Assembly: GCA_963751215.1 (NCBI GenBank) | Contig: CAVVTV010000024.1 | Span: 857,880 to 921,879, forward strand | Source of the DNA: an uncultured Thermoleophilia bacterium | GTDB taxonomy: Bacteria; Actinomycetota; Thermoleophilia; UBA2241 | Length of the DNA: 64,000 nucleotides | Direction: 5' to 3' | Shown: one piece after another, positions 49,881-58,526 of the stretch | Numbering within the stretch: position 1 is the stretch's first letter | Layout: each line of letters begins with the position of its first letter | The notes under the pieces: generated by a model | What the model was told of the DNA's origin: nothing | Databases searched by the model: none | Seen by the model: the letters and a program-made list of their open reading frames with translations, nothing else | Program-made: the position numbers and the translations under genes

Positions 49881-50588
49881 TTAGGGTTCGAGCAGGTCGC
49901 GCGTGCGCGCGGGATCGAGCTCGATGCTGGGGCTCATGGTGGCCGCGACATGCACGCTCTTGATGTACTTGCCTTTGGCGGCGGCGGGCTTGGCCCGCAG
50001 GATCTCGTCGAGCAGGGAGCCGTAGTTCTCCACCAGCATCTCTTCGCTGAACGACTTCTTGCCGATGCTCAGGTGCACGATCCCGGAGCGATCGGTGCGG
50101 TACTCCACCTTGCCGCCCTTGGCGTCTTTGACCGCCTTGCCCACGTCGAAAGTCACGGTGCCCGACTTGGGGTTGGGCATGAGGCCACGCGGACCGAGGA
50201 TACGGCCCAGCTTGCCGACGGTGCCCATCATGTCGGGCGTGGCGATGGCGATGTCGAAGTTGAACACGCCCTCCTGGATCTGCTTGGCCAGATCGTCGGT
50301 GCCCACCAGATCGGCACCCGCGTCCTGGGCCTCGCGCGCCTTGTCGCCTTCGGCGAACACGGCGACGCGCATCTCCTTGCCGGTACCGTGCGGGAGGACC
50401 GTGGTGCCGCGCACGATCTGGTCGGCGTGGCGCACGTCGACGCCGAGGCGGAAGTGGACCTCGACGGTCTCGTCGAACTTGGCGCCGGAGAGCGACTTGA
50501 GCAGCCGCATGCCCTCGAGCGGGGAGTAGAGACGGTCCGCCTCGATGGTGCGCTTGGCGGTGGTGTAGGTGCGGCCTTGCTTGGCCAT
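49881..50588 (-). CDS. rplA: 50S ribosomal protein L1
   Basis: [13 protein letters not shown]... start at the internal ATG with AGGAGG RBS; ORF track extends 16 codons upstream. Confidence 0.9.
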   Translation of the reverse strand: MAKQGRTYTTAKRTIEADRLYSPLEGMRLLKSLSGAKFDETVEVHFRLGVDVRHADQIVRGTTVLPHGTGKEMRVAVFAEGDKAREAQDAGADLVGTDDLAKQIQEGVFNFDIAIATPDMMGTVGKLGRILGPRGLMPNPKSGTVTFDVGKAVKDAKGGKVEYRTDRSGIVHLSIGKKSFSEEMLVENYGSLLDEILRAKPAAAKGKYIKSVHVAATMSPSIELDPARTRDLLEP

Positions 50589-50750
50589 ATTCGTCAAACC
50601 TCCTGTGGTACAAACGGCGACCCAGTCGCCTCCCACCTCGGCGGCCGGGCGACGGCCCGGCCTCAGATTGGTGCTGCTACTGTCGCACCGCCTGCGGCGG
50701 TCGCGACGTTGATTCGCCTGCTAAGGTCATTGTCGCACCGCCTACGGCGA

Positions 50751-51176
50751 TCAATCAGCTACGTCGACCCCCATGCTGCGGGCGGTGCCCTCGATGATCT
50801 TCATGGCGGCGTCGACGTCGTTCGCATTGAGGTCGCGCATCTTGGTCTCGGCGATCTCGCGCACCTGCGTCCGCGACACGGTGCCGACCTTGTGCCGGTT
50901 GGGCTCACCCGAGCCTTTGTCGATGCCGAGCGCCTCGCGCAACAGCACGGCCGCCGGCGCAGTCTTGGTAACGAAGGTGAACGAGCGATCTTCGTACACG
51001 GTGATCTCGACCGGCACCACGCTGCTGCCCGAGCCTTGCGTCTGGGCATTGAACGCCTTGCAGAACTCCATGATGTTCACGCCGTGCTGACCCAGAGCGG
51101 GGCCGACCGGCGGCGCCGGGCTGGCGGCGCCGGCGGCGATCTGCAACTTGATCTTGGTGAGGACCTTCTTGGCCAC
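50751..51176 (-). CDS. rplK: 50S ribosomal protein L11
   Basis: Consensus L11. Confidence 0.9.
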   Translation of the reverse strand: MAKKVLTKIKLQIAAGAASPAPPVGPALGQHGVNIMEFCKAFNAQTQGSGSSVVPVEITVYEDRSFTFVTKTAPAAVLLREALGIDKGSGEPNRHKVGTVSRTQVREIAETKMRDLNANDVDAAMKIIEGTARSMGVDVAD

Positions 51177-51198
51177 GACTGCCTCGCTTAGTACCTAG

Positions 51199-51723
51199 TT
51201 AGGATGTCTTTTTCACCTGATCGAAGGCGAGCTCGACCGGCGTCTCGCGGCCGAAGATCGACACCATGACCTTGAGCCGGCTCTGATCGAGGTTGACCTC
51301 GACGACCTCGCCGGAGAAATCGCTGAGCGGGCCCGAAGTAACACGCACGTCTTCGCCCACGCTGAACTCGGCTTTCTGCTTGGGACGCTCCACCGAGGCG
51401 GTGTGCATGATGCGATCGACCTCGGCCCGCGAGAGCGCCACCGGCTTGTTCTGCGCCCCCACGAAGCCGGTTACGCCGGGGGTGTTCTTGACCAGTGACC
51501 AGGTGTCGTCGGTGAGCTCCATCTGGACCAGCACATAGCCCGGGAAGACGCGCCGTTCGCTCGTGATCTTCTCGCCGTCTTTGGTCTCGACGACCTGCTC
51601 GGTGGGCACCACGATCTGATGGATGCGCTCCTCCTGGTGCATCGACTGACGGCGGTGCTCCAGGTTGGCCTTCACCTTGTTCTCGTGGCCGGAATATGTG
51701 TTTACGACGTACCAGCTATACAA
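51199..51723 (-). CDS. nusG: transcription termination/antitermination factor NusG
   Basis: WYVVNTYSGHENKV NGN domain and C-terminal KOW. Confidence 0.9.
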   Translation of the reverse strand: MYSWYVVNTYSGHENKVKANLEHRRQSMHQEERIHQIVVPTEQVVETKDGEKITSERRVFPGYVLVQMELTDDTWSLVKNTPGVTGFVGAQNKPVALSRAEVDRIMHTASVERPKQKAEFSVGEDVRVTSGPLSDFSGEVVEVNLDQSRLKVMVSIFGRETPVELAFDQVKKTS

Positions 51724-51735
51724 GCGGTGCCCCGA

Positions 51736-52101
51736 TCATGCGTGTGTGAGCCGACGGACGACGAAATCGACGGCCTGCGAGAAGACTTCGTCGAGGGCGA
51801 ACGTGAACACGGCGGCGATGGCGACGGCGACCAGCACGACAAGGGTGGACTGCACGAGGTCTTTGCGTGTCGGCCAGGTTACTTTGCCCAACTCGATGCG
51901 CACATCGCGAAGGAACTTCAGGAAGCCCCTGTTCTCGGACCTGCCGGCGCGCGTCTTCTGCTGGCGCTGCTGGGCCCGGCCGCGCGCGGGCTTGGCGTCG
52001 GCACGCTTGGCCACGCCCTTACCGCCCTGCGCGGGCTTACCACCGGGCCGCCCCTTGCCTTGCCCTTGCCTACCCCTGTTGTTGTTTGCAGTCTTCGCCA
52101 C
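51736..52101 (-). CDS. secE: preprotein translocase subunit SecE
   Basis: Basic N-terminus, FLRDVRIELGKVTWP motif, single C-terminal TM; GTG start. Confidence 0.85.
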   Translation of the reverse strand: MAKTANNNRGRQGQGKGRPGGKPAQGGKGVAKRADAKPARGRAQQRQQKTRAGRSENRGFLKFLRDVRIELGKVTWPTRKDLVQSTLVVLVAVAIAAVFTFALDEVFSQAVDFVVRRLTHA

Positions 52102-52121
52102 TCAACCGCTCCGGATGTCAT

Positions 52122-52197
52122 TGGCAGGGCTGGAGGGACTCGAACCCCCGACCCCCGGTTTTGGAGACCGGTGCTCTACCAATTGAGCTACAGCCCT
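52122..52197 (-). tRNA. tRNA-Trp (anticodon CCA)
   Basis: Reverse complement AGGGCTGTAGCTCAATTGGTAGAGCACCGGTCTCCAAAACCGGGGGTCGGGGGTTCGAGTCCCTCCAGCCCTGCCA; canonical rpmG-tRNATrp-secE position. Confidence 0.9.
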
Positions 52198-52217
52198 AAA
52201 GACACAAGGCAGAACGC

Positions 52218-52367
52218 CTAGCGCGTCTCCTTGTGCACAGTATGCGTCCCGCACCAGCGACAGTACTTCTTGAGCTCGATGCGGTCCGGGTCGTTCTTCT
52301 TGTTCTTGTTCGTGTGGTAGTTGCGACGCTTGCACTCCTGGCAAGCGAGCGTGACGAGTTGACGCAC
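52218..52367 (-). CDS. rpmG: 50S ribosomal protein L33 (zinc-binding form)
   Basis: Not in the ORF track because it is only 49 aa. GTG start with AAAGGA RBS encodes (M)[48 protein letters not shown]. Confidence 0.85.
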   Translation of the reverse strand: MRQLVTLACQECKRRNYHTNKNKKNDPDRIELKKYCRWCGTHTVHKETR

Positions 52368-52557
52368 GTCGTCATCCTTTCAGAAAGGAGCACGTAAGGA
52401 TACCAAGCGCCCGGCACGAGGGTCAACGCGACAACGAAGCAGCCCCGGTAGTGCGGGCCTCGTACCGCGGCGGCCACGGCGGCGCAGTATAGCAGAACGC
52501 ACACACCGGGCAAAACGCAGCGGCCGTGTGGCGCGGCGGCCGACTCGCCCTATCGGC

Positions 52558-52872
52558 TCAGGCACTCCGCTCCCGGCGAGATTCCTGCCAGTCACGCAGC
52601 TCGCGCCCGTTGACGCGCGCGATGCGATGCACCACGGCGCGCGCCCGCAACGTCGGCGGCAGAGCTTCCTCGAGCACGGCCTGACGCCCGGAGCCATCCA
52701 GCCAGGCCCAGGCACGATGGTCGCCAACGTGGCAACCCCACCAGAACATGTCGCCATACTGCGGGGCCCGGCCGATGATCTCGTCCATGATCCACTGGCA
52801 TTCGTCGGCATCATGCGGAACCTCGATGAGGTACCGTGTCGTAGTACGCTTGGCGCCGCCGAAGAAGCTCAT
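52558..52872 (-). CDS. hypothetical protein (no recognisable family)
   Basis: 104 aa from the ATG at 52872 (MSFFGGAKRTTTRYLIEVPHDADECQWIMDEI...), rich in Trp/Asp/Glu/Tyr and unlike GC-noise frames; lies upstream of rpmG on the same strand. Confidence 0.4.
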   Translation of the reverse strand: MSFFGGAKRTTTRYLIEVPHDADECQWIMDEIIGRAPQYGDMFWWGCHVGDHRAWAWLDGSGRQAVLEEALPPTLRARAVVHRIARVNGRELRDWQESRRERSA

Positions 52873-52953
52873 GGCACTGTGCTTCCCGCGAGCCGATATG
52901 TGAAACGGTTCCAGGCGCAGACGGGTGCGACGTTGCGGCCGAAGGGGAACCGT

Positions 52954-54027
52954 GTCGTGACGGCACTCGCACCGGCTGGGCGCGACGGCCGGAGTGACGG
53001 CCGAAAGGAGCGGGCTACGGAAGATCAGCAGAACGGGCACGACCACGACGAGGCCGGCCCCCAGCGGCCGGCGGATGAAGGCGCGCCCGCCGACGAGACT
53101 GCGCCCGCCGACGAAGTCCCTCCGGCGCCGCCAGACCGGCCCGCGCCCGCGCCGTCGGCTCCGGACCGGCCGGCGGCGCCTCCGCCGCCTCCGTCTGCGA
53201 CCGCTCCCGAATGGCCGCCGGCGCCCTCGGCAAGCCCACCCGAATGGCCGCCGCCACGGCCGCTACGTAGCAGCGCGCCGCCGCCGCCGCTGGGGTCTAG
53301 CGACGAGCCGCCCTTGGGACCATCCCAGCCTCCGGCGCACGAGCTCCCTGGTCCGCCGCCGCTAACTCCCTGGGGCTGGGCGTTCGCGCTCAGCGGCTTA
53401 GCCGTGGCTTTCGGCCCGGAGCTGCTGCTCTACCTCGCGTCACTGGGCGTGAAGACCGCCGCCACCGCGGTCACGGTGGGCTCGGCCGTCGCCCTGGCCA
53501 TAGGCTCGCTCGTCATGTACGGCTGGGAGACGTTCGCCGCCTGGCTCTTCTCAATCAGATTGCGCGGCAACACGCTGGCCGCCTGGGGCTTTCGCAAGCC
53601 CACCAGAGCCTACTTCTGGACCATCCCGTTGGCCCTGCTCGTGGTCTACGTGGTGAGTGTCGTGCACGACACGATCATCCACCCCAAGCAGCAGGCGATC
53701 GTGAGCGACTTCCCGCATAACACGGCGGGCATCGTCCTGTTCGTGCTCGTGGCGGTCGTCATGGCGCCGCTCTTCGAGGAGATGTTCTTCCGCGGGTTCC
53801 TCTTCCAGGGTCTCTCGCAGTCGTTCGGCTGGGGTTGGGGGGCGGCCGGCTCGGCGGCAATCTTCGCGGCCGCCCACCTGCAGCTCAGCGTGTTCGTGCC
53901 GCTGTTCGCGCTGGGAGTGGGTCTGGCCTGGGTGTTCAAGCGCACCGGCAGCCTGTGGACGAACATCACCCTGCACGCGCTCTTCAACGCCATCTCGGTG
54001 CTGGCCTGGGCGCTGACGGTGAAGTAA
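52954..54027 (+). CDS. CPBP-family (CAAX/Abi) intramembrane glutamic endopeptidase with Pro-rich N-terminal region
   Basis: C-terminal Abi domain motifs (EEMFFRG, FAAAH, HALFN) within a multi-TM region, preceded by ~100 aa of Pro/Ala-rich sequence. Start set at the GTG at 52954 with GAAGGGGAA RBS; the ORF track begins at 52528 and would overlap the opposite-strand gene. Confidence 0.6.
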   Translation, partial: VVTALAPAGRDGRSDGRKERATEDQQNGHDHDEAGPQRPADEGAPADETAPADEVPPAPPDRPAPAPSAPDRPAAPPPPPSATAPEWPPAPSASPPEWPPPRPLRSSAPPPPLGSSDEPPLGPSQPPAHELPGPPPLTPWGWAFALSGLAVAFGPELLLYLASLGVKTAATAVTVGSAVALAIGSLVMYGWETFAAWLFSIRLRGNTLAAWGFRKPTRAYFWTIPLALLVVYVVSVVHDTIIHPKQQAIVSDFPHNTAGIVLFVLVAVVMAPLFEEMFFRGFLFQGLSQSFGWGWGAAGSAAIFAAAHLQLSVFVPLFALGVGLAWVFKRTGSLWTNITLHALFNAISVLAWALTVK

Positions 54028-54234
54028 GAGTCTATCCCGGTAGGGATGTGTGACCGGGGTGTTCGTGGGCCGAGTGGTGCGGTTGCGAGACGGCTCCCTC
54101 GTAGCCGAGCTACGTGGGAGCCGGGGAGGGGCCGCGAGCGCGATGTGCCCACGGGCACATCCGGGCGTGCAGGCCTACCGGGGTAGGCTCGAGGGCCGGC
54201 GGCGCGCCGCAGGCGCCTCGCCGCCGCTTCTCCT

Positions 54235-55077
54235 TCAACCCAGCAGAGTCGGCTTGCGCAGCTCGCGGCAGTGGCAGTCGTCGTCGTCTGGCAGTTGAGC
54301 CAGAGCGTCGAGGAGGATGCGGCCCACGAGGCCCGCGTCTTCGTGAAAGATCTGCGCAAGCACCTCGTGCCGCCACTCCTCCACGATCCCCTCGCCGTAG
54401 TTGACCACCACGTAGATGCCGGCATAGCAGGCACCGATATCGCGCGCCAGCCACACCTCGGGCGAGAAGCTCTGACCGATCACGTCGCCCATCGTCTGCA
54501 GGTGCCGCACCTCGGCGGGCGACTCGAAACGGGGGCCCTCAGTGACGACGTAGGTGCCGCGCGTGAAGACGCGCCGGGCGGGCGCAAGGCGCCGGGCGGC
54601 ACTCACCAGCGCCTCGCGCTCCACCGCGCAAGCGGGATCACGCATGATGAGCAGGTGGTGCCCCACCACCATGCCGTAACGATCGCGGTCGGTGGTCTGG
54701 TCGACGAAGTCGTCCACGACGACGAGGTCGCCCGGGTCGAGCAGGGGATTGAGGCTGCCCACGCCGGCGTCCGAGACGATCCTCTTCACCCCAGCACGGT
54801 GCAACACGCTGAACACCTGGCGCGACGCTCGCCCGCGCGAGACGCCGGGGCGCCAGCCATGCAGACGCACGTGCAGCACGCGCTGCCCGCCGAGCTCGAA
54901 GAGCGTGAACGGCGGGCTCTCTCCCCACGGCGTGTCGAAGATGAGGGCCTGCTCGAGCATGGCTGCGTCGGGGTGCAGGTCGCCGGGGAAGTCGGCGGCC
55001 AGCGAGCCGGACCCGCCGATCACGGCGCGCGTGGCGGCAGGAACCGCGCCGCGCGCCGCGCCCGGGCTCGCGCTCAC
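54235..55077 (-). CDS. purine nucleoside / 5'-methylthioadenosine phosphorylase family protein
   Basis: PNP_UDP_1/MTAP-like sequence (VIGGSGS, HVRLHGWRPG, VVTEGPRFES, YAGIYVVVNYGEG). Confidence 0.6.
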   Translation of the reverse strand: MSASPGAARGAVPAATRAVIGGSGSLAADFPGDLHPDAAMLEQALIFDTPWGESPPFTLFELGGQRVLHVRLHGWRPGVSRGRASRQVFSVLHRAGVKRIVSDAGVGSLNPLLDPGDLVVVDDFVDQTTDRDRYGMVVGHHLLIMRDPACAVEREALVSAARRLAPARRVFTRGTYVVTEGPRFESPAEVRHLQTMGDVIGQSFSPEVWLARDIGACYAGIYVVVNYGEGIVEEWRHEVLAQIFHEDAGLVGRILLDALAQLPDDDDCHCRELRKPTLLG

Positions 55078-55865
55078 AGGCTCGCCAGCGCGGGCGTTAC
55101 GCGGATCGCCACGAGCTCCACATGGTCACCCGTGTCGGATGTATAGCGGCTCAGCGACTGGTCGAGGCTCGCCGGAAAACCGCGCACCACCCCGAGCCCT
55201 TCCTGGCCGCTCGTGACCACGTCGCCGATCTGCACCTTGGGATTGGCGATGTGGGTGACCTCCATGAGCAGCGACGGGTCGTCGGCCAGCTGGATGTCAA
55301 TCTCAATGTCGCTGTAGCGTCCCAGGATCTTGTAGCTCTTGATGGCCGTGATCTTGCCGCTGACCGGGCTGGCCACCGGCGAGCCCGGCACGGCGCCTAC
55401 GTCCAGCCCCGCGGTGGACGAACCGCCGGCGCCGCCCATGAGGTGATACTGAAGGCCTCCGCCGCCGGCGAAGATGTCGGCCAGCTTCTGAGTAAGGCTG
55501 CCGCCGCTCACCCGGTCGCCGGCCGGCGTGAACGACACCGCGTCGGGGTTGTCGACGGGGTGAAACGCCACGGCGGTAGTCACCTGGCGCGCCACGGGGA
55601 GCAGCACGTCGGTATCCTCCAGCGTGGCGACGACGACGCTTTGGCCGGCCGCGGGGCTCTGGCCGCTGTTGGGCAAGCCGGCGGTGGGCAGTCCGGCGTT
55701 CTGCGGCACCTGCGCGGGAGTCTGCCCTGGTAGGGCGTACGCGCACCAGATCGCAAGGACGACGAGGGTCAGGAGAACGGCCAGCGCCAAAGCACGCCGA
55801 CGCCTGATCGCGGTGCGTCGCTGCGTTCTCACGCGTCGACGCTGACTTGCCGGGCTGCTGCGCAT
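55074..55865 (-). CDS. membrane-anchored protein with possible degenerate M23/LytM-like C-terminal domain
   Basis: Arg-rich N-terminus, one TM (LALAVLLTLVVLAIW), then a Gly-rich domain with IGDVVTSGQEGLGVVRGFPAS...TGDHVELVAIRV. Start set at an internal ATG; the family call is tentative. Confidence 0.35.
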   Translation of the reverse strand: MRSSPASQRRRVRTQRRTAIRRRRALALAVLLTLVVLAIWCAYALPGQTPAQVPQNAGLPTAGLPNSGQSPAAGQSVVVATLEDTDVLLPVARQVTTAVAFHPVDNPDAVSFTPAGDRVSGGSLTQKLADIFAGGGGLQYHLMGGAGGSSTAGLDVGAVPGSPVASPVSGKITAIKSYKILGRYSDIEIDIQLADDPSLLMEVTHIANPKVQIGDVVTSGQEGLGVVRGFPASLDQSLSRYTSDTGDHVELVAIRVTPALASL

Positions 55866-56001
55866 GTCGCAGAAGAACCTATCTCGGCAAACGCCCAGCC
55901 GCAAGTCTGCTCCGCGAGGCGCGACCCGCCCTCCCCGCGCGTCGCCGCGCGTAGACGGACACACTGTAGCGACGCCGCCAAATGCCGATACTATAGGCGC
56001 T

Positions 56002-57585
56002 ATGGCAGCGACGCTCCCCATTGCGCACAGGGTCGGTGAGACCGGCTACGAGGGCGTAAATACAGATACTGAGCGCGACCTGGCCGCAGGCCTGCACGCC
56101 GGCCGCCGCGATGCCTTTGAACAGCTCTACGAGCTGTACCGGGCGCGCATCTTCAACCTGGCTCTGCGGATAGTGCAGAGCCATGAGGACGCCCGCGATA
56201 TAACCCAGGAAGTATTCATCAAGGCCTACCGGCTGCTCCCCGGCCGCGACCCCGACTTGCAGCTCAAGCCCTGGTTATACCGAGTGGCCGTGAACGCCTG
56301 CTACGACCACTTGCGCACGCGCAAGGTGCACGGCGACGTCGATGCGCTGCGGCACGACTCGCGCGCCGTGCTCATCGACACCTACGAGCAGGCCGAGCTC
56401 GGGCATCAGCTCGAGCAGACGCTGGCGCGGCTCTCGGAGCGCCACCGCACGGTCCTCCTCCTCAAAGACGTTCATGGCCTGCATCACGACGAGATCGCCG
56501 CCATTCTGGGGGTGTCGCGTGGCGCCACTGAGACGCTGCTCTTCCGCGCGCGAGCCGCGTTTCGCGAACAGTATGCAACGCTCACGCCCGAGCTGCCGGT
56601 GGCTCGCTGCGACCTCGCACGCCGCGCGGCCGTGGCCGCCGTGGGCGGCACTCTGCGCGCCAGCGAGCGGCGCAAGATCATGGTGCACGCCCAGACCTGC
56701 CCAGATTGCCGCGAGACCGTGAAGACGTGGGGCATCGCCGTCGTGGGCCTCGGGCTCTTCTTGCACAGCGCACCGCTTCCGGCTGCGCTGCAGACGCCGT
56801 TCTCGTATGCAGCCGCGGGTGGCGCCGGTGCCGGCGGGGCGGGTGCCGGCGGGGCGGGTGCCGGCGGCACCGCCGCCGCATCGGGAGCCGGTGTCTCGGG
56901 GGCCGCGGGAGCAGGCGGAGGTTCCGCTGGCGTCGCCGCCGCCGGCGGTCTGGCGGCCAAGGTCGGCGCCCTGGTGGCCACCAAGATCGTCGTGGTCGCC
57001 CTGGCCGCCACCGTCGCTACGGTCGGCGCCGGCGTAACCGCCTACCAGGTGCACGCCGCTCACGTTAGAGCCAAGACCAGCGCCGCCGACGCTGCACTCG
57101 TCGAGTCCGGCTCCGCCGGCGGCGCGAGGGTCGCGGCCGGAGGTTCGGCCGGCCAGAACGCGGCCGCCAAGAGCAACCCCGGGACCCACGGCAAGAGCGC
57201 GGTATCCGGGGCAGCCAACAAGGCCAATAACGCCAAGAGTCACTCTCAGGGCAAGGCCAAGGGCGGCGCCAACGGTCAGGCCAAGGGCAAGGCCAAGGGC
57301 GGCGCCAGCGCTCAGGCCAACCGCCAGGCAAAGGGCGCCGGCAAGGCCAAGGGGTCCGGCAAGATGAAGCCGGCGAAAAGCAAGCCGGCGAAGGTGAAGC
57401 CCGCAAAGGCGAAGCCCGCGAAGAGTAAGCCGGCGAAGAGTAAGCCGGCAAAGGTGAAGCCGGCAAAGAGCAAGCCGACCGCCCCCGCCAAGCCGACCGC
57501 CCCCGCCAAGCCGACCAAGCCGACCGCCCCCGCCAAGCCGGTCAAACCCTCCAAGCCGACCGGCTCGTCCAAGAACAAGGACTGA
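56002..57585 (+). CDS. ECF sigma factor fused in-frame to a zf-HC2 anti-sigma-like domain, a TM helix and a Gly/Ala- and Lys/Pro-rich repetitive C-terminal region
   Basis: Sigma-70 region 2 (RIFNLALRIVQSHEDARDITQEVFIKAY) and region 4 (ERHRTVLLLKDVHGLHHDEIAAILGVSRGATETLLFRAR) are followed with no stop by VHAQTCPDCRE. A TM segment (IVVVALAATVATVGAGV) and KPAKSKPAKVKPAKAKPAKSKPAKSKPAKVKPAKSKPTAPAKPTAPAKP then follow. Confidence 0.65.
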   Translation: MAATLPIAHRVGETGYEGVNTDTERDLAAGLHAGRRDAFEQLYELYRARIFNLALRIVQSHEDARDITQEVFIKAYRLLPGRDPDLQLKPWLYRVAVNACYDHLRTRKVHGDVDALRHDSRAVLIDTYEQAELGHQLEQTLARLSERHRTVLLLKDVHGLHHDEIAAILGVSRGATETLLFRARAAFREQYATLTPELPVARCDLARRAAVAAVGGTLRASERRKIMVHAQTCPDCRETVKTWGIAVVGLGLFLHSAPLPAALQTPFSYAAAGGAGAGGAGAGGAGAGGTAAASGAGVSGAAGAGGGSAGVAAAGGLAAKVGALVATKIVVVALAATVATVGAGVTAYQVHAAHVRAKTSAADAALVESGSAGGARVAAGGSAGQNAAAKSNPGTHGKSAVSGAANKANNAKSHSQGKAKGGANGQAKGKAKGGASAQANRQAKGAGKAKGSGKMKPAKSKPAKVKPAKAKPAKSKPAKSKPAKVKPAKSKPTAPAKPTAPAKPTKPTAPAKPVKPSKPTGSSKNKD

Positions 57586-57858
57586 CAGGCCGGCGGGTCC
57601 CCGGCGACGAGGCCCTCTACCGTAGCCCGCCGGTCGCCAGCGCCGCCCGATCCCCCACGGTTCGCGAGCGAGCCTCGCCGCCGCGGTTCGCTCAAGGCAA
57701 CGCCGCTCTTCGTTGTAGGTGCGTTGCCAGGGCCGGCAAAAGAACCTGCGCCCTTTCACTCAACCTCTGCCCGGCCAGACCGATACCACGTACAGTGCCG
57801 ACGCCCGCGGGCGGTCGGCCACGCCGGTGAAGGGCGGCGCTGGACTCGGAGGTGAGCC

Positions 57859-58401
57859 GTGAAGACTAGGTGCGGGATCGTGGCGCTCCTCGTGGCCATG
57901 ACGGCGCTGCTCTGTGCCACCGTGCCGGCCACGGCCCCCGCGTCGGTGAAGCTCAACTCCTACGAGAAGCAGATCATGGCCCTCGTGAACAAGCAGCGCG
58001 TCAATCATCACCTGGCGAAGCTGCGCCTGAACGCCGATCTCGAGCGGGCCGCGCGCTTTCACTCCAAAGACATGGGCCAACGCCAGTACTTCGAGCACGA
58101 CACCCTGGGCGTTGAGACGTGGTCTCAGCGCCTCATCGATTACGGCTACACCACCAAGGGGTGCTCTTCCTGGGGAGTCGGCGAGAACATCTACCGCGGC
58201 TCGGGCCTCTTCTCCGCACCCGTCGTGGTTGTGCTGGGTGTTAAGGGGATGGCCGAGGGCTGGATGGACTCGGCGCCCCACCGCCGCGTAATCCTCACCA
58301 AGAGCTTCCGCGATATCGGCATCGGCGCCGTGCAATCGGGGGCGGGGGCGGCGTCGCAATGGTATTTCACCCTCGATCTGGGGCACCGCGTGAAGAGCTA
58401 G
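57859..58401 (+). CDS. CAP/SCP (PR-1-like) domain secreted protein
   Basis: Signal peptide (MKTRCGIVALLVAMTALLCATVPATAPA) and CAP-domain motifs (HSKDMGQRQYFEH, GENIYRG). Confidence 0.75.
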   Translation: MKTRCGIVALLVAMTALLCATVPATAPASVKLNSYEKQIMALVNKQRVNHHLAKLRLNADLERAARFHSKDMGQRQYFEHDTLGVETWSQRLIDYGYTTKGCSSWGVGENIYRGSGLFSAPVVVVLGVKGMAEGWMDSAPHRRVILTKSFRDIGIGAVQSGAGAASQWYFTLDLGHRVKS

Positions 58402-58427
58402 GGAGTTGCTACGACCGTTGAGCGGAG

Positions 58428-58452
58428 GGGCGCCGTAAGGCGCCCTTTTTTT
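58428..58452 (+). terminator. canonical rho-independent terminator (GC stem plus T7 tract)
   Basis: GGGCGCC-gtaa-GGCGCCC followed by TTTTTTT, 27 nt after the CAP-domain gene stop. Confidence 0.8.
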
Positions 58453-58526
58453 CGCCAAGAGGGACTCCGCGACCCGCGATCCCGCGATCCGGCGCTCGAG
58501 CCGCCGGCGTCGAGTAGGATGGAAGC

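Noticed and set aside
52528-52953. Upstream 142 codons of the CPBP-frame ORF
   Set aside because: Overlaps a more protein-like ORF on the opposite strand; a GTG with a good RBS at 52954 gives a CPBP protein of plausible length. This is uncertain, and the alternative is noted in findings.
55864-56001. 46-codon N-terminal extension of the sigma/anti-sigma ORF in the track (573 aa)
   Set aside because: Region 2 of the sigma factor begins just after the ATG at 56002. The upstream segment is the divergent promoter region shared with the 55074-55865 gene and translates to Arg/Pro-rich noise.
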